A stretch of 63,958 nt of DNA, filler included, from Choristocarpus tenellus KU-1152 (taxonomy: Eukaryota > Protista > Phaeophyceae), in assembly GCA_964200185.2 (NCBI GenBank). It is 12 parts of 12 records of this genome, joined end to end, with 100 filler letters (N's around TTAATTAATTAA, not from the genome) between each part and the next. Parts side by side here need not be neighbours in the genome. Positions count along the whole stretch, not along the records: positions 1 to 9,324 come from CAXNAD020003781.1; positions 9,425 to 12,740 come from CAXNAD020020858.1; positions 12,841 to 18,350 come from CAXNAD020010567.1; 9 more parts are not named here. One strand, 5' to 3'. Of the stretch, positions 1 to 13,035 are shown in pieces. The number at the start of each line of letters is the position of its first letter. Position 1 is the first letter of the stretch. The position numbers and the translations under genes were made by a program. The notes under the pieces were generated by a model that saw only the letters and a program-made list of their open reading frames with translations, was not told the origin of the DNA and did not search any database.

Positions 1-1319
1 CCCCCCCCAGATACTTTGACCCATATTTTCTCAAGCAAGTACACTGTGTATTGGGGCAGTCCTACTTGAGCTTGTCAGCGAGAGGCCGCCGTGATTTTAA
101 CTTCGTGCACTGAGCGCAACAATTACCACTGGATATGCCCTACTCAAGGGCCACCTGGTTTCAGGGTACCATAACCCTAATGTCAACCTCAATGCAAGAA
201 ATGCTGGCAAACCCAAAGTTATGTACTAAGGTTTCAAGTAGGCCGGCTGTGGAATCAAAGACCTAAAATGTTGTTGTTGACAAGTAAAACGTATTGAAAG
301 CACTGTCAACTCTCAAGAGATCAATTGTCTGAATCATGGGAAGCTGACGAGGTAACCTGATTGTACCCACAGTGCACTCTATGAGTGAACCCACAGGTAA
401 GGGTCATGCTGTCAGGGAGTTGAAGACAACATCTTCAGAGTTGTTGTGGGTATGATTTGTTTCAACATTCTTGTGATGGGCCTGCTGTGTTTTGTCCAGA
501 GGAGTCCCTTGGACAGTCGGTAGAAGCTTTTGCTGCAACTGCACACCCTTTAAACTCTTGAGCCAAAAGAGACTGGTACAAGGGAGACCAGGTCAGAGGG
601 CGTATTGGTTAAAATGGGGAAATGGTTGGAAAAAAAATCCAAGCAGGATTAGCACACATAGAAATGTTTCCACCTTTGTGTTTCCATAGTCAGGACTGGG
701 AGCACTTGTTAATACAGTTGATTTCAGTGTTGTGTCATCATAGCATCACGGTAGACAAAAGCTATCCTTAAGTTGAAAGTAGAGTTGCAAGTGTTATACC
801 AGTGTGGCCATCAACCTCCCCAGAATTCCCCTTCTTATTCCAAGAAGAAAATATGGCAACATAAGCAGTCTCGTAGCCAATACTTGTGTCCCCAATTGAT
901 AGGATCGCAATCTTGGGGAGGACAATATATATATGTATATATATATGTATATATATTGGATCAATGGCTACTATGTGCCGGGCCTCTCACGTTTTCTCCA
1001 TTGATATTCAAATTCATCCGCACATGAATCCATGCTGCAAATGCTGTGCTCCACAATGGCAGTTTCAATTAAATGGAACGAACCCAAATGCCTAGTCAAT
1101 GATCTGGATGATGAAAACTTCGCAGGAGCTGGCTTGCATCATCCGACCTCTGGGTCAGGGGTGCAAGTGCAGGCATTGCGTGGAGGATCGTGAGATCTCT
1201 GGCTTGCGGAACTTACAGGATAATAAGAACCAAATGTTCTCCATGGAGAAAGCTTCTTTAATGTCGAAAATTGAGGTGAGCGTCGTTTTGCTGATTGTTG
1301 TTTGTCTAAAAAATATACT

Positions 1320-1579
1320 GAGCCAGAGTATCTTAGAGGGTAGAGCCGAGTCCATTTGGGGGCCAAAATCCAATGTTGCAATTTTGATGTAATTTTCGCT
1401 ATTGTGTTTGTTAGGAAGTGTCAATATCCATGTTCCGGACACAACTTTTCATAACGTATATACGTTCTACCTACTCCTAAACATTTCGGAGTAAGAAAAT
1501 GCCATAAAAACCCCATGGGAAGCAAAGCCCCAAATGGACAAACAGGTCAAAACTCGTACCCTCTAAGATACTTTCACTC
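1320..1579 (+). mobile_element. MITE family A (~260 bp), complete
   Basis: TIR GAGnnAAAGTATCTTAGAGGGTA; 3-bp TSD ACT. Confidence 0.9.
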
Positions 1580-1841
1580 ACTCCGGATTGCAATTATTGG
1601 AACATTCTAGAGTGTGCACCAGTAAAATGTTAATATAAGGTCGGGAATGATAAAGCTCGGTTTTAGGTACTAGTTACATGTGAGTAGCACCGAGTATGGA
1701 AGTTGCGATTTTATCCAAAGACAGTAAGTAGGTTTGGTTCTGAACATAAATGTAAACCTATCAAACATTTTCCCCCTATATTGAATGAGAGGTGCTTTGC
1801 AAATGCAGTCTTTAGGTACAGGAGGAGAGATTGATGTTTGC

Positions 1842-2362
1842 GAGCCAAAGTATATCAGAGGGTAGAGCCGCGTCCATTTGGGGGTCAAAATCCAATGTTA
1901 TGATTTCAATGTAATTTTGGCTATCGTAAGTGTTAGGAAGTGTCAAAATCCTTGTTCTGGACACACCTTTTTATAACGGAGCCAATGTATCTTAGAGGGT
2001 AGAGCCTTGTCCATTTGGGGGTCAAAATCCAATGTTGCGATTTTGATGTAATTTTGGCTATCGTGTTTGTTAGGAAGTGTCAATATCTATGTTTCGGACA
2101 CACCTTTCATAAGGTATACATTTTACCTACTCTTAAAAATTTTGGAGTAGGAAAATGTCATTAAAAAAAACTTGGGAAGCTAAGCCTCAAATGGACAAAC
2201 AGTGCAAAACTCGTACCCTCTTAGATACTTTCACTCAACGTATACATATTGCCTACTTAAAAATATTTTGGATTAGGGAAATGTCATAAAACAACCCATG
2301 GGAAGCCAAGCCCCAAACAGACAAACAGGGTAAAACTTGTACCCTTTAGGATACTTTGACTA
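1842..2362 (+). mobile_element. MITE A containing a nested MITE A (1979-2236)
   Basis: The inner copy is flanked by an AACG duplication within the host consensus TTATAACGTATAC. Confidence 0.9.
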
Positions 2363-2513
2363 AAGCACTTTAGTGCTCTGTACACATGCCTTCCCTCAGA
2401 GTATTCGGCAATCACTTTTCCCAGTTCAGTAATGTTCTCCTACAAATCAAACTCTCCTAAAACGTCCTATTCCAATGACCCTAATTCTAACCCAAACCCT
2501 AACCCTAACCCAG

Positions 2514-5500
2514 ATGACTCGAAAGAGACACGAGCTAAAGGTCAGGCACATTAAATGGGCCACTTCTCTACTCTACCTTGAGTACATCTCACCTGCAGCT
2601 GCTCAGCTAGCCCGAGAAAAGGTAAGTCGCCCAAGCACATTGCACTTTGTTGTAACATTATCACCATTTGAGCCGCAGCTGGACAGGTAAGGGCAGCAGG
2701 AGAGAGATGAAAGCATGTGCCTGTTCATCCCTATCGTTGTCACACACCCCCTCGAATATTATAAATCATTACACAACCAAATAATTCTGATACTTAGGGA
2801 GAAAAAACCTATAGACTACTCTTGAGTAAATAAACACAGTCCAGATTGACCCAATGCATTTAAGAGGGTAGGAGTTTGGGCCTTTTTGTTCGTTCGGGGC
2901 TCTGTCTTCCCACGGGTTTTTTATACCCTTGTTCGGCTTTATGTGTGAACGTTTCGGATTTCAGGACTACGAAAAGTGTGTCTGGAGAAAGGACATTTAC
3001 ATTTGCTTGCAAATACGATAGCCAAAATTAATCAATCTCACAACTTTGGATTTGTGACTCCCAGTGGACATGACCCTACCCTCTAATAAATTATTTGGCT
3101 CATTTGTGTGTCAGAAGGGCTCAACTATGCTGTATGAGATACAATACCTTCAAACGAACAATACAAACCTTGGACAACCTAACTCATTTTGTAACACGCG
3201 TTAACACTTTGTGTTAGCATTTCACTAAATGTTAAGGAGATAACATGTTGCATATGTTTTGGGCTGGATTGTTCCTTTACATAACATCTTGCATATGTGT
3301 TGGACTGGGTAAAGTGTTTCTGTACATGAATGTTACTTGCATTATTTCAACTCGACTGCTACATGGGCAAAAGAAAGTGCTACCACTTGAATGTAAAATA
3401 CACTATGCCAAACACACACACACACACACACAATAATGATGGGTACATGATATGCCTTATTTTTTGTATTGGATGGTTGGCAAGTCGAGGTCCAAAACAT
3501 TAAGGTAGCACAGCACCAGGCAGCACAACATCAGAATTGAGACAGAACACAATGGAATCAAAACCTGAGACACTGTCAAATCTGTTGACAGTGAGGAGTT
3601 TAATTCTCAGCTAGGGGTAGGGCTGAGGATGGCAGCACAGACCCCATTGTTGTTGCCATAGAGGTTGAGGAGTCCCTGCTTATGACTACTACCCTCTCAA
3701 ATAGCATCACAAAGAGTACCGAGAAGGTTATCCTGTGTAAGAAACACATACAAGAGTGAATGAAACATTTTTTTATGATCATTAACCAGAAGTGACGAAG
3801 GAGAAATCAACCGTGATGTTTATCACATTCAAATATTAACAGTAATACCATTAAAAAATGCTAGACAGTGGTGTGGTTCAAAATATAAAATTTAATACTA
3901 CTAAAGATTAAAAAAAAGGTTCAGTGATAAATGTCTGCTATTTGTCTTGTTTGAGTATTACTTCTCAGCTAGCATTTTACTATGTCACTTTTTAATATGT
4001 TGTTAAATAATTCTAGTAGGCCCGGCTAATATGAAGCCAATGAACCCCTATTTTAAAAAATCATGTCTGGAGAATATGTTGGTAAATGAATATATCTAAT
4101 TGTTTTCATGTTTTTCTACATCGGCCTTAACGTTCTTGCTATGATGATCCCTATTAATGTCTAATATAAAAAATACTTCCTGCTATATTAGTCTTACGGT
4201 TCTATCTAAGAGTTCCAATAAATTTAATTTTGAGAATTTTATTTCCCTGAAAATGCTTATATTGCTCCAATGTACTCAACTAATTTGAAGATAATGGTAT
4301 TAGAATAAATTATTCATCATTAACCAGACCAAGTACGGTTTACAATAATGACTTCTCAAGCAAAACAAACCAATAACCTTTAAATTTCAAGAAATTCCAA
4401 GCAGTTTTCATCCCCAAGACTCATCCAGAAAGAATATTTACTAAAATGTGCCGAGTATGAATTTGAAGTTCCTACTAGTCTGTTTTTACAAAGTCTCCAT
4501 CATGGACATGTATAGTAGAAAGAATATTTGTTAATAATATAAAGTTGAAGTTCCTATTAGTCTGTTTTATACAAAGTCTATTTACGTTTCGAGCAGCTCT
4601 GTCACATTAATCATTTTGACTGGCGGTTCAGGCAAAGTGGTTACCATTGGCAGTAGCGAGATATCATTAATCGTACCAGGTCATCCGGGCAATTGCCTCC
4701 TTCATACCTCCAGATGGATTTGTGAGGTTGAAGGTGCCTGGAAGAACACAAGCCATTCACCAATATACAACTGGGTGTATGCCATTACAACAATCTGGAC
4801 AGTGTGAACTTATAATAAATATTTATGTATATATATATACATATTTGTTACAAGGTAACACATTGACATGCTTTTCAACCACTTTGGAGAGAGAGTTTTT
4901 AAGTAGTCATAATCTGCAACAATATGTTGCTCGTACCATAATTTCATTCTTGTAACAGTTTGTATTATGACCTAATGTGTGTTTCATGTCAGATGTCATC
5001 TATGTTTTGATCTCTAATGGTACTGGTATAACATAGTGTTGAGTGTTGTGTTATCCAAGGCACGTAAACAAAACTATAAACAGAAAAAATACTCCAGCTA
5101 ATTTCTTCAGGTTGGGTAACCGTAGCAGAAGACATAAGTCAACCAAGTAGACTGACATGCACTACAACTTGAGGTTCTTCATGCAGTATTTTACTCCAAT
5201 AAGGTGATACACCAAAGCAGCCAATAACACTGGAGTTCCTGATGCAATCAAATGTACTATTATCTTGCGAACTGAAGTCTGATCTTGGGTTCCATTTGCA
5301 ATGCCCCAAAGTCGTGCAGGGCTTGTGGTGTCTTTGGTGCTGCTCTGTTGAGCTTCAATACTCGACGTGCTCTCGTGGACAATGATAAGGTGATAACCAT
5401 GAGAAGACACAACATATTGCTTATCATGTCTTACACATTAGCACCATGGTGATGCACTATGCTAGGGAGTGAATTTAGTTGCCTCACATCCTTGTAGCAA

Positions 5501-8500
5501 TTGGGAACGTCCTCACTGCTGGTGGATTTGTGCTGCACAGACCTTCATTGGAGACCCTGTGGTCAGCTCCTGATCTGTCTTGATAATGGAATCCGATATC
5601 TTCTGTGGACTGAGACAAATATCTGTAGCACAGATCATTCTGGAATTTCCTACATCGCATGGCATGTAGCTCAATCTCAATCTATGTGATTAGAATATTT
5701 CCCAAGGGCATAGAAAACAGCAGATGGGATTCCTAGTGTCGGATTTGAGGTATATAGAGAAGGAATGGAACAAGGCACATAGCACATGCCAGACATCTTG
5801 GCGCACAGAGGTAAAGAAATACTGAGGACAAGATTACGCCAATGTAGAAGTTCTATTCCCTAAAAGAAGGAGTTGATCTTGCATGTAGTTGAAGATAGAA
5901 AAGAGTTGCACCAGGAGATATCCTGTCAATGTCCTGTCAAGATACGTCGAGAAAGGTCAAATGTAGAGCAATGTGTGTGATACTACTCCCATCCATGGGC
6001 ACCTTCCCCTCCATAACAGATGCTCAGGGGAATCTTCTTCAATTTAGTGGGCCGGCAAGCCGACAGGGATCCAAGTGAACACGAAAATGCAGCTTTCAGT
6101 CCGTCAAACCCTTCCACAGCATCATCAAAGTACCTGCAAGAACAAGTCCGGTGCTTACCCTGGAGCATTTTCGGACGTGCAAGATAGAGTAACCCCCATG
6201 CTTCAAGTTTCTCTTTGCGTATACACTGCCTACAACACCAATATACTTCCCCTGCACCAGGTTGAAAGGCTTCAATCATGCCTGGGTAGAGGTAGTGGAG
6301 AGAGGAGAGGGCTGCATTGGCTACCTGGAGGTCCTGCGTTTTTGCTGGTGAGGTCAGATAGGAAAACTTGGAATCTGAGGGTGTCGCTCACGATGTAAAA
6401 AAAAAATTCCATGTTCATTATGTGTATTCTCAACTAACTTCTGTCCAAGTATGTGTACTTTCTACCTACAACAAAAAAAACATGCCCTGTAAGAGGACAC
6501 TTGTGCCGGTTCAGTTCATGCTTGTTTGCGACCTTTTCATCCCTGTACCTCAGGGAGTTTGGCCTGTACCCCGCTTTGTCAAACAGCGGGGAGAACAACT
6601 TTTTCATCGCACATCTGTTCGTTGGTGCATCCAACACCACTTTGAGGTGTGTATTCTACTGATGGAACCCAATGCAGCTTTGTAGACCGCTTTGTGCTTG
6701 TAGCGATCCTGTTCCCCATACTCCTTTGATAGATGTAGGGATCAATCAACCTTCTCCAGTTCTTGGTCATGATTTCCATGCTGTATGGTCTTATCCAGGC
6801 TGGTTCAGGGCTGAGTGATGCCAGTGCCTTGGCATATATACTGGGGGGTGCACTCTGCCCGGTCTATATCTGATTTTATATTTTTTGCAACACTTGCTTG
6901 TTGTGCTTTCTCCCTCTAGAAGGCATGCACTAGATAGTTCTTCTTCACTCCAGGATTAGTAACGACTGATAGGTTGAACGAGATCACCCCCATCATTGTC
7001 TAGTATACACCCAGATGATTCGGACGCTTCTAAGCCAAGGGCAGGTCAGCCCAGACTATGGTGCTCCGTGCCAGAATATAGGGTGCATGAATGGATGCTT
7101 CAAAAAAAGGTGATATATTTGACACACCCTTCAAGTGTTCCTTTGTTTCCTCATTCGATAAGTCACTCCAGAAATATTCAAGTTAATAAAAAAAACTCAA
7201 CATGATATGCTATTCTGAGAGCCCACTATGTTATCTGCCTTCCATTGCTGAACATTTGCTTATGCCCACTGCAACCAACACCACCAACCCTTGAAAAAGC
7301 AACCATGTGAGCCACTACCAGAATATTTCCAAGGTATCCTTACACCCAACACATTGTCTGAAAGCTGAGCAAGCTCCTCAGCTCAACAGATGCTGCATTG
7401 ATAGGCTGTATTGCTGAGCTGTCACTGGGTGAAGGGCGAGTATCAGTGGACGGAGTGAGAGAGGTGGTGACTAGCATGGGGGTAGTCCTTCGCCCAGGTG
7501 CCTATTGTGGAGTTCTATTGTCCACCTTTCTCACGGAGGCAACAAGTTCAAGATTACTCTTGTGCTGTCCAGTAGCTGATCGAGTGACTTGAACTCTTGA
7601 ATTCTTGAATGAAAGTATCCTAGAGGGTACGAGTTTTGCCCTGTTTGTCCATTTGNNNNNNNNNACTTCCCATGTTTTTTTTTTTTTTTTTTTCCTACTC
7701 CAAAATGTTTTGGAGTAGGTCAAATGTGTACGTCATGAAAAGGTGTGTCCAGAACATGGATATTGACAGTTCCTGACAAACACAATAGTCAAAATTACAT
7801 CCAAATTCCAACTCTGGATTGTGACCCCCAAATGGATGCTGCTCTACCCTCTAAGATACTCTGGCTCTCTTGCATCCAGTCGCTTGCATCCAAAATTCGA
7901 AATCCTACCAGATATTTGTGTACTAAAGAGTGTAAGTATCTTAGAGGGTACAAGTTTCGCCCTGTTTGTCCATTTCAGGCTTGGCTTCCCAAGGAGTTAG
8001 TACGACATTATTCCTACTCCGAAATATTTCGGAGTAGGTAAAATGTGTGTGTTATGAAAAGGTGTGTCTGGAACAAGGATATTGACACTTCCTAACATGC
8101 GCGATAGCTAAAATCATATCAAAATCACAACACTGGATTTTGGCCCCCAAACGGACACAGCTCTACCCTCTGAGCTACTTCGACTCAAAATACTTAGTCC
8201 ATTTGCTTGACGAATTCCATGGTCGCCAAGGTAGTAAGACAATCCCAGACAGAACTCACTGACCAGTGCTACGCCTGACACGTGCACCTGTTTTTACCGG
8301 GTTCATGGTCTTCAAGGCGAGCTCTACAGCGTAGTCCAAAGATTGGAGAAGTGCATGAGAGAGAACGATCTAGAAAAAGACAAGGTTACCATAAAGTCGT
8401 TCTTGCACTCCATTGCGTGCACATGCATCTTCTCTGACGAGGTGAGGGATAGAAGAGTTGTCTTAGAAATTGACAGGACATCGAACCCTAACCCTAACCT

Positions 8501-8901
8501 TCCTCTTCTTCTGGCCATACATCGATTGACGATCTGAAAGCATGTAGAGACTGTATCAATTGACCATGTATGTAGAGACTGTATCAATTGACCCTTCGTT
8601 CCACACAGCGACACCCGTGTATATTATCATTGTTCTGGCCGTTGAAGGGGTATGCTCTTTCCAAGCGATGCCCTTGAGAGATTGACTACTATGTCGAATT
8701 ATCTCACAACAACTATTGCAATCAATGCATAGAATCCTATCTTCCCTTCCCTCACCTCATCTAAATGAATATCATATAAAACCGTTAAAATACTGATCTG
8801 TATCTGTGTCTCTCTATATGCTGTGATGTATCTGAATGCAGGTAATGAACAGGCGCTTGACATATGGGCAGTTTACTTCTCTCCTAGTTGCACTGTCCCA
8901 G
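2514..8901 (+). CDS. Partial multi-exon gene, EF-hand-like/helical protein of unknown function; exons 2514-2540, 2599-2621, 2679-2686, 3615-3726, 7365-7497, 8317-8441, 8842-8901
   Basis: All exons have AG/GT borders and consistent phases, joining into DDSKETRAKAAQLAREKLDRGRAEDGSTDPIVVAIEVEES...KSTEKLSKLLSSTDAALIGCIAELSLGEGRVSVDGVREVVTSMGVVLRPGELYSVVQRLEKC...DKVTIKSFL...VMNRRLTYGQFTSLLVALSQ. EF-hand similarity judged by eye; the three micro-exons are less certain than the last four exons. Confidence 0.55.
2848..3101 (-). mobile_element. MITE subfamily A2 (diverged centre)
   Basis: A-like ends; centre shared with 36121-36377; ATT flanks. Confidence 0.7.
7607..7867 (-). mobile_element. MITE A
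   Basis: Both TIRs present; 4-bp TSD TCTT. Confidence 0.9.
7928..8186 (-). mobile_element. MITE A
   Basis: Both TIRs present; AAA flanks. Confidence 0.9.
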
Positions 8902-9324
8902 GTGCAGCCCGACCTGGGTCTTGATTGGCGATGCATGGTGAGATATCATTGTTCAATTTCTCAGAAACGAATTGTTGTTGTCTTGCCTTGGTGTAATATG
9001 CTTTGGTTTCACCATTCATGTGCTTTGGTGTCACATCAACCCGATCAATATGGGTACTTCCCAAGGTTGTTTTTTAACTATTAGTTTTCAATCTCCGAAT
9101 CACAGTTGTATGTGTTCATCAACTGCATACTCCTTCCCTGTTTTCAAAGCATTTTTATAAGCTTGACTTCTAAGGATGGCTGTAGTTCGTGCTATTAACT
9201 CTTTGAAGTGACACATGCTGGAGCAGTAGTTTCAACACATTGGCTCTAAGTATCTGGGGGGGGAGGGGGGGGGGGGGCCGTTGACCCCAGAGGCCGTTTT
9301 CGGGCCCTGTTCAGTAAAAGGTAG

Positions 9325-9424
9325 NNNNNNNNNNNNNNNNNNNNNNNNNNNNNNNNNNNNNNNNNNNNTTAATTAATTAANNNNNNNNNNNNNNNNNNNN
9401 NNNNNNNNNNNNNNNNNNNNNNNN
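9325..9424. other. Artificial contig linker (N44-TTAATTAATTAA-N44); also at 12741, 18351, 21154, 25645, 29929, 39143, 43388, 52970, 55896, 60630
   Basis: Eleven identical 100-nt spacers with stop codons in all six frames. Confidence 0.98.
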
Positions 9425-12400
9425 GTGAAAGGGGATGTGTGGTTGCAGTGGGGGGAAACAATGCCAACCGTGGACTCAGTGGAGGTATTAGTGCTAGCAC
9501 AAGGGGGAGGGGGGGAGCAGGGGTTGGAGGTGAGGGGGGGAAAAAAGGGTGGTCATATGTGTATGGACGACTCCGGGGAGTGAAGCTGGGATCCAACATG
9601 GTTGTCAGGGGAGTGTACACTTCTGACACTTTCTACTCACCGGAAACGTTACCCAGGGATATGGCCCTGCCTATTCGCAGGGGACAGACCTGGGAGGATG
9701 CCTACCGATGGCTTTGGCTCCCCCAGGTGTGTACAATTCTTTCTTATAGTGATGTGCTGAGTGCAATGTTATGATAGGTGCCGTAGGGTTGTCACTCTCT
9801 AACTCCTATCCCCTCTTCTCGCCATCTGGTGTAGCCCCGGTTCAGGTGTGGCGTATGGAGACCCTGGATTGCTTTTTTTTCCAGTCTGTCCTCCTGTTTG
9901 AGCCGTGCTACGCTTGATCATTGAACGCGCATGTGTTTCCCCTGTCTTGCTTTGAAACACGTGGTGTGCACACACCAACTATCCATTTTACCCACCTTGA
10001 TTTGACACCCAACCTATAGATTGCTTGGATGTTACTCCTGAGAACGAACATTTGAAAAGAGAAAAAACTGTGCACATTGCCCTTGTTCTCGAGAGGGCGA
10101 TGATCTCCTTGCAACAGGTGGTCCTTAACTCACACCAAGCGCGTCATTCAATCCTTTCAAGCCTACATCAGCTCTTCACAGCAATGAACCAGACATGTCA
10201 AGAGCCCTTTCGTGGAAATCCCCCCTTCCTTTGCGCCCTCCCTGTTTCAGACTCCAGATGAAAATGCTGCACCCGAAGCTGACATGTTGGCCTCTGTCAT
10301 AGCACCTCAGCAAGCATTGACACCGATGACCCCAGGGTTCACGGGTCAGGGAGGAGGAGTTCATTCTGGACGAGGTTGGACCCCATCTACTACACCTGCC
10401 CCTCCCCATGAGAATCGAAGGATGGAAAGGCGGCACTTTCAGCAATCATCGTCGTTGTTGGGGAGGCTACTTCGTGCCGATGAGCCAGACAAGGTGGAAG
10501 AGGAGAAAAAGGTGCATGCAGTGCAGAAAGAGGGGGGGGAAGGGAGAGGAACCGTGGGGATGGTAATCAGTGACTTTTTCCCAGGTTGAAGTGCACTGTG
10601 AAGGATGTATGGTTGCAATACTGTAGGGTTGTTCGATGGGGTTCTGCCCCAGAGTTCTAGATCACGATTTCTTTGCTATTAGGGCGAGGAGGTGACACGG
10701 CAGTTGTTTTTTTTCCCCTTCCTAGCGACATTATTGAGCAGGCGTTTGCTCCCGCTGCCAGTTTGTTTTTGTGTGTGCTCTGCTATCGATACAAAGCAAC
10801 AACCAGAGTGTGTGGCTGAAAGCTTCTTCTCGATTGGTCAGAAGTGTGGACTGCCGCAAAGCTCCCGACCAAGTTGTAGACGCTGTGAAAGAGTGCTTCC
10901 TTTTGCTAGTGCCCTTGGCCACATGCCTTGAATGTATACTCCTGCCCAGTGCTCTTCCCTCCCCTTGCCTGTGCTTCTTCCTCCCCCCCCCATTGCTGCC
11001 CTCTGACCCCATGCTATGGATGTCACGCTGTTGTGGGTTCCTGTTGTCCCCTGACGTACCTTCTGTTTTGTCTTCAGGAGGGGGCGGAGGCTGATCTCCT
11101 GGAACAGGCCGCCAAAGTTTTGACGAGGCATGGGAAAGCGACAGGTGTGCCCTCGCCAGGGGTTGCCACACAAGAGGGAGGAAAGAGGGATGTGGGCTAC
11201 AATGCAAACAAGGTAAAATCGATAAGTTCTCCAATTGGCAGGGCACACCCCCTCCCTACTCCATACAGTCTTCCCATTCGACATCCTCCAAACTTGAGTA
11301 TAATATTTCCTAGACCTTACCGCACCCATGCTGAGCTTATCACTCCGTTAATGTACGATCCCATTCCCCTTTCCTCCCCTCCTGTGCTGACATGGGTTTC
11401 CCATTGTTGCCCCTATGACCAATCTCCGCTTCTGCCTTTCCATTCTCTCCCCCCCTCCCCCACCAACCCAATCTCCTTGTCCCGTCCCGTCTATTAAGCA
11501 GTTCATTTACCCCCTTCTCCCACGTTTGAACCCTTGCGTCGTACCAACCTTCCCCTGCACACTTTGACCAACCAATCATTCTTGTCTTTGTCCACCTTGC
11601 AACCAACCGGTCCTCTACTATTTGAATTACGTCATAAATACCTGCACAATTTGAAGGGAAAGAGTCCCTCATCAGGTGGGTTTCTTGCAGCGAAGAGGGC
11701 CACCCCTAGGCCCAGGAGGACAAAGAATGAGGGAGGGGGGACGGGAAGACCAGGCTGGGGAACTTCATTCACCCCCACACCCTCAGGGAGGAAGGCTGAG
11801 GCTGTAACCCTGGTTGAGGGCAAGTGGACAACAACAGCCAAGGGGAGCAGGAAGGGCATTGGGGGAGGGGGAGGGCAGGCAGAAGACAAGGAAGAAGAGG
11901 TAGAGGGAGGGTGGGATAAGGACCAAGTTGAGCCATGGGCTGGACCAGCAGCACTGGAAGCACCTGCAGTGGCTGTCATGGGAGAGAGGCCAGGGTCCAG
12001 GTTGGATCATCCACTACTGACACGTGTCATGCCGCCTGGCCTGGAGGTGCGAGAGAGTACATCGTAAGAAGAGGTGGCAGAAATAGTGGGTGGTAAGTGT
12101 TGGGTGGTATTTGAGGCTGGATAGGGATGTTAAGTTGTTGTACAGCAGTTCGAGTCCAGGGTGAAGTATGTATGACCCACAAAGTAAGATGCCCTACACA
12201 ATAATGCCATTTAGTGTGTGATATTTTTCCTGATTCCCAAACCCACTCACATGTTTGTTTCTAACCCCTACCCCTTTCCTTCCCCCCCCCCAATGAACTC
12301 CTCTGTGCATCCACTTGCCTGTCTCTGTCCATACTTTTCCTAATTCTCCCGCCCACCCCCACCCCTACCCCTGCCCCTGTCCCTCCCTTGCCTCCTCCGG

Positions 12401-12607
12401 CTCCTGTATTCCTCCTTCCCTCGGGTCAAGGCAAAGGCCAAGGCGCCAGAGTTTGACCCTGACCCAGCTTTGAGACTTGAACGAGCCCTTGGATACACCT
12501 GTTGTCGGTCCACCTCCAGCTCCTCAGTAGTTTGGCTTGGTCTTGATAGGCAGGTGGCATTCCCCAGCAACAATGTGGTGGTGATCATGGAGGCACCGAA
12601 CCCTGAG
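9425..12607 (+). CDS. WDR90: WD repeat-containing protein 90 (POC16), partial; exons <9425-9726, 10251-~10511, 11078-11212, 12431-12607 (more exons possible)
   Basis: RLRGVKLGSNMVVRGVYTSDTFYSPETLPRDMALPIRRGQTWEDAYRWLWLP resembles the end of the N-terminal CFA20/DUF667 domain of WDR90. PDPALRLERALGY...VVWLGLDRQVAFPSNNVVVIME resembles the start of its first WD40 block. Phase-0 GT-AG junctions. Confidence 0.8.
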
Positions 12608-13035
12608 GTGAGGGTATGTTCATATGTTTAATGGGGATAAGCATGTGAATGTAGGAGTGTGTGAGAACTCCTGCCACCCCCCATCGCCCCCCCCCCCCCC
12701 CCCCCCCAGGCCCCCCACCCCCGCCCGGGGCCCTCTTTTTNNNNNNNNNNNNNNNNNNNNNNNNNNNNNNNNNNNNNNNNNNNNTTAATTAATTAANNNN
12801 NNNNNNNNNNNNNNNNNNNNNNNNNNNNNNNNNNNNNNNNATGGATACCCTTTTGTAACCCCCCCCCCCCCCCCCCAGATATTTAAAGCCTTTCCCCCAT
12901 CATATTTTCAATTATTTGAAGGCATGTTTACCCTACAACTGTCCCCCGTCATGTATTCTAGATTTGTTCCATTCACTTACAATCTGCTCTCCTCCCTATC
13001 CACAATCTTTGTATGTGCATTCTATTCCACGGCAG

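Noticed and set aside
9369-9380. Recurrent palindrome TTAATTAATTAA
   Set aside because: Always centred in N-runs of fixed length; an artificial linker.
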